Program-made: the position numbers and the translations under genes
Origin: Candidatus Poriferihabitaceae bacterium
Lineage (GTDB): Bacteria; Pseudomonadota; Gammaproteobacteria; Arenicellales; Poriferihabitantaceae
Length of the DNA: 64,000 bases
NCBI GenBank assembly: GCA_965214205.1
Contig: OZ243941.1
Location: 2,225,419 to 2,289,418 of the forward strand
Reading direction: 5' to 3'
Shown here: positions 60,939 through 64,000 of the stretch, one piece after another
Layout of the letters: every line of letters starts with the position of its first letter
How positions within the stretch are numbered: the stretch's first letter is position 1
Notes under the pieces: generated by a model
The model's database searches: none
The model's input: the letters and a program-made list of their open reading frames with translations, nothing else
Told to the model about the DNA's origin: nothing

Positions 60939-61541
60939 ATGCTTTCGATTATAGACTACCTGCTACCCCCGCTCGCATATTGTTTTGGTTCTGTTTCCAG
61001 CGCTATTGTGGTCTGTCGCGTGATGGGACTGACCGATCCGAGAAGCGCAGGCTCACACAACCCCGGAGCAACCAACGTATTGCGAATCGGAGGCTGGCCG
61101 GCGGCGGCCATCACACTGATCGGTGATGTGCTCAAGGGACTGATTCCGATTCTGGCCGCCAGAGGATTGACCGACAACACACTCATCCTTTCACTGGTCG
61201 GGGCAGCCGCCTTTCTGGGTCACCTGTACCCCGTGTTTTTCGGATTCAAGGGAGGAAAGGGAGTCGCCACCGCCTGTGGCGTGTTTTTGGGAATCAGCGG
61301 GGTTCTGACCCTGATCCTGATGGCGGTCTGGCTGACCATGGCGGTTCTGTTCCGATATTCATCGCTGGCGGCCCTCACTACGGCAACGCTGGCGCCCTTG
61401 CTGGTTCTGTGGCTACTGCCGGATCCCTGGTTGCTGACGATGAGCCTGCTCATCATGGCGTTGCTTTTCTGGCGCCACCGGGGGAACATAACCCGCCTGC
61501 TGACCGGAACCGAAAGCAAGATCAAACTGAAGTCCTCCTGA
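60939..61541 (+). CDS. plsY: Glycerol-3-phosphate acyltransferase PlsY
   Basis: 200 aa with GSHNPGATNVLRIGG and FKGGKGVAT. The folB-plsY divergent arrangement matches E. coli. Confidence 0.9.
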   Translation: MLSIIDYLLPPLAYCFGSVSSAIVVCRVMGLTDPRSAGSHNPGATNVLRIGGWPAAAITLIGDVLKGLIPILAARGLTDNTLILSLVGAAAFLGHLYPVFFGFKGGKGVATACGVFLGISGVLTLILMAVWLTMAVLFRYSSLAALTTATLAPLLVLWLLPDPWLLTMSLLIMALLFWRHRGNITRLLTGTESKIKLKSS

Positions 61542-61569
61542 CAGGGAACGCAGCCCGCTGGCAGCCCAG

Positions 61570-62880
61570 CTACCCCATCAATTTCGGATCATGCGGGAAG
61601 TGGCTTAGTAACTCGTAACCGTCTTCGGTAATGACGACCTGATCCTCGAGTTTCACACCTTCCCGACCGCCGACTTCGCCAATATACGCTTCGGCGGTCA
61701 AACACATGCCCGGTTGCAGAACCCCGTCATAACCGTTCGATTCCCAGGCCTCGGGATAATAGATGGCCGGGTATTCATCGCACAGCCCGACGCCGTGATA
61801 CTTCACGCCGTACTGCAACTCGCGGTACTTCGGGTCCAGTTGATTGCCGCCGAACGTCATTTCCCGGAATGTGAGACCAGGCTTCAGCGCCTCCATGTCT
61901 TCCATAATGTGTTCCCAGGCCACTTTAAAAAGCTGCTTTTGCTCACGAGTGGCCCGGACATCGCCGGCAATCCAGCAGCGGGATATGTCCACACAATATC
62001 CATAGACGCCGACCAGATCCGTATCCAGGGCGATCATATCCCCCGGCTGGATGATACGCGGCCCGCATTCAGCCATCCACGGATTGGTTCTCGGCCCCGA
62101 AGACAGGATTCGGGTTTCAAGCCAGTCACCACCCCGTTTGATATTGCCCGCGTGCAGGTGCGCCCATAATTCATTCTCACTGATACCGGGCTCGATCGCG
62201 GCTTCGAACTCGTGTAATGCGGCATCACAGGCAGCGATGGCGCAGCGCATGGCCTTCAGTTCATTTTCATTCTTGATCTCTCTGGCCGTTTCCATCAGGG
62301 CCATTCCGGGCATGATCTCGATCCCGGCCCGGTCAAAGGCGCGCACTCCGGTCACTTCCAGCCGGTCCACCGCAAGCCGGCGGTTGCCAGCGCCATGCTG
62401 CCGCAGCAGTTGATCTATTTCGCGGGCGAATTTCGAAGCGAACTCGTCACAGCGGCTACCACCGGTAAAATAGAAAAACCCGGACAGGTCCCTGATTTCA
62501 TCAATCAGCGAAAGATGGGCGCTCAAATGCTGACAGTTATGAAAATCAAACAGTACAACCGGGCCATCGGTGGCTATGAAACAGCACCGGGCCGAATTGT
62601 GGGTAATCCACAACTGCATATTGGTACTGTCGGTCGCATACCGTATATTCAACGGGTCGAACAGCAAGGCGCCGGCATAGTCGTTTTTCCGCAATTGCTC
62701 CCGAACCCGCTCAAGACGATATTCCCTGAGAGCCTCCATATCCGGCGCCTCCACCCCCAACGCCGCCCATTCGTCAAAAGCCAACTGGCTCGGACCAATT
62801 TCAACGCGGTCATTATCGTCCGGCGTATTGTCCGGTTTACGCATAAAACTTCTTCGCAACGCGCTTTCTTTCATAGCCAT
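61570..62880 (-). CDS. M24-family metallopeptidase-fold protein, DddP-like (candidate DMSP lyase)
   Basis: 436 aa with a creatinase/prolidase-type N domain and a pita-bread C domain. The stretches DRVEIGPSQLAFDEW, FDPLNIRYATDSTNMQLW and LEDQVVITEDGYE match my recollection of DddP. It lies directly downstream of an acuI-like gene. Confidence 0.6.
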   Translation of the reverse strand: MAMKESALRRSFMRKPDNTPDDNDRVEIGPSQLAFDEWAALGVEAPDMEALREYRLERVREQLRKNDYAGALLFDPLNIRYATDSTNMQLWITHNSARCCFIATDGPVVLFDFHNCQHLSAHLSLIDEIRDLSGFFYFTGGSRCDEFASKFAREIDQLLRQHGAGNRRLAVDRLEVTGVRAFDRAGIEIMPGMALMETAREIKNENELKAMRCAIAACDAALHEFEAAIEPGISENELWAHLHAGNIKRGGDWLETRILSSGPRTNPWMAECGPRIIQPGDMIALDTDLVGVYGYCVDISRCWIAGDVRATREQKQLFKVAWEHIMEDMEALKPGLTFREMTFGGNQLDPKYRELQYGVKYHGVGLCDEYPAIYYPEAWESNGYDGVLQPGMCLTAEAYIGEVGGREGVKLEDQVVITEDGYELLSHFPHDPKLMG

Positions 62881-62918
62881 GGTTTTTTACACCCCGAAAA
62901 TAAAAGTCGAATATCCAA

Positions 62919-63911
62919 TCAATCCTGTATCCGGATGATGGTCCGTCCGATATTGCTGCCGTCCAGATAACTGTCGAATGTTTCAGCGAGGTTTTCAAAG
63001 TCAACGACACGAGTCACAATCCGGTCCAGATTGCCCGGCTTCAAATCCCCTCCCAGCCGACTCCACAGGTCATTGCGCACCTGGGTCGGCATTTCAATCG
63101 AGTTGATCCCCAGCAGTGAAACGCCTCTGAGAATAAAGGGCATCACGGTTGTATTCAACCGGAAATCATCCACCAGTCCGATACTGGCGATATTGCCCCA
63201 GGACTTCACGGTCCGGGTCAGCCAGGCCAGCGTCTCCCCTCCCGCGTTGTCCACGGCTCCACCCCAGACCGCTTTCTCCAGAGGACGGCTTCCCATTTCG
63301 ATTTCATGCCGATCCACAAACCCGGTCGCCCCAAGCTGCCGCAGAAATTCATGCTGGTTTTTTTTGCCGGTGAATGCGGTCACCGAATACCCCTTGGAAG
63401 ACAGAATATCAATCGCGATCGAGCCGACACCTCCGGTCGCTCCGGTAACCAGGACCGGCCCATGATCAGGGGTCTGGCCATTCTGTTCCATACGCATGAC
63501 CGCCATGGCGGCGGTAAATCCGGCGGTGCCCAGTATCATCGCCTGCTTCAGGGTCAACCCTTCCGGCAAGGGCACGACACAGTCCCCTTTCACCCGTGCA
63601 ATTTCCGAATACCCGCCATCGGCCGTTTCGGACAACCCGCATCCAGCGACCAGTACCGGGTCCCCTTCCCCAAAGCGGTCATCACTCGACTCAATCACCA
63701 CGCCGGACAGGTCAATGCCGCCATTCAATGGATATTGCCGGAGAATTTTTCCCTTGCCGGTGGCGGCCAGCACATCCTTGTAATTGATGCCCGACCACTT
63801 GACGCGGATGACAACTTCCCCCTCGGTCAGATCATCCAGCGTGAGCTGCTGGAAACCGGCGGTAATCTGTTTTTCGACCTGGTTGATTCGGTATGCGTTG
63901 AATGGATTCAT
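62919..63911 (-). CDS. acuI: YhdH/AcuI-family acrylyl-CoA reductase (MDR superfamily)
   Basis: 330 aa, collinear with E. coli YhdH as recalled. Matching stretches are WSGINYKDVLAATGKGKILRQYP, GTAGFTAAMAV, VTGATGGVGS, RPLEKAVWGGAVD and TTVMPFILRGVSLLG. Confidence 0.8.
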   Translation of the reverse strand: MNPFNAYRINQVEKQITAGFQQLTLDDLTEGEVVIRVKWSGINYKDVLAATGKGKILRQYPLNGGIDLSGVVIESSDDRFGEGDPVLVAGCGLSETADGGYSEIARVKGDCVVPLPEGLTLKQAMILGTAGFTAAMAVMRMEQNGQTPDHGPVLVTGATGGVGSIAIDILSSKGYSVTAFTGKKNQHEFLRQLGATGFVDRHEIEMGSRPLEKAVWGGAVDNAGGETLAWLTRTVKSWGNIASIGLVDDFRLNTTVMPFILRGVSLLGINSIEMPTQVRNDLWSRLGGDLKPGNLDRIVTRVVDFENLAETFDSYLDGSNIGRTIIRIQD

Positions 63912-64000
63912 TATAGAAACTCCGGATGGTGATTAAAGTTACAACAGATAGTGCAGTATGATCAACAGGGAAATATTCGCCAGTATCCCGGCCACCGCAT

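Noticed and set aside
63939-64000. Open minus-strand frame ending ...AVAGILANISLLIILHYLL-stop at the right edge (possible 3' end of a membrane protein gene)
   Set aside because: Only 20 codons are visible, which is too little to call a gene or a family.

Overview
Chromosomal segment of a moderately GC-rich, probably marine gammaproteobacterium, judged from synteny. All calls rest on reading the supplied translations and the DNA; no searches were run. Conserved housekeeping blocks are rpmH-rnpA-yidD-yidC-mnmE ... mnmG, rpoD-dnaG plus a tRNA(CAU), leuS-lptE-holA-proA, engB/cytochrome c4, folD, rpmB-rpmG-dut and folK-folB/plsY. Between them are transporters: two TRAP systems, three MFS, MATE, an RND pair, EamA and MscS. 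An accessory stretch runs from about 28.4 to 43.9 kb. It holds a Fic/HTH cassette flanked by imperfect direct repeats derived from the dgkA 3' end, a VapBC module, a DUF4143-type ATPase, and a lower-GC (by eye) TRAP-linked sugar-acid/uronate island. That island ends in an MtnK-like kinase translationally coupled to an enolase paralogue with altered catalytic residues. The best candidate for an undescribed system is a two-gene cassette at 5905-8561, inserted collinearly between mnmE and mnmG. It pairs a MotA/ExbB-like channel protein with a MotB-like protein (TM helix with the conserved Asp) that carries about 390 aa of coiled coil. That coiled coil contains a near-perfect 168-bp (exactly 8-heptad) tandem duplication, and the protein ends in a C-terminal domain that is not OmpA-like. 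An acuI plus DddP-like M24 pair near the right end suggests DMSP/acrylate metabolism. No CRISPR array, rRNA, transposase or integrase was seen.
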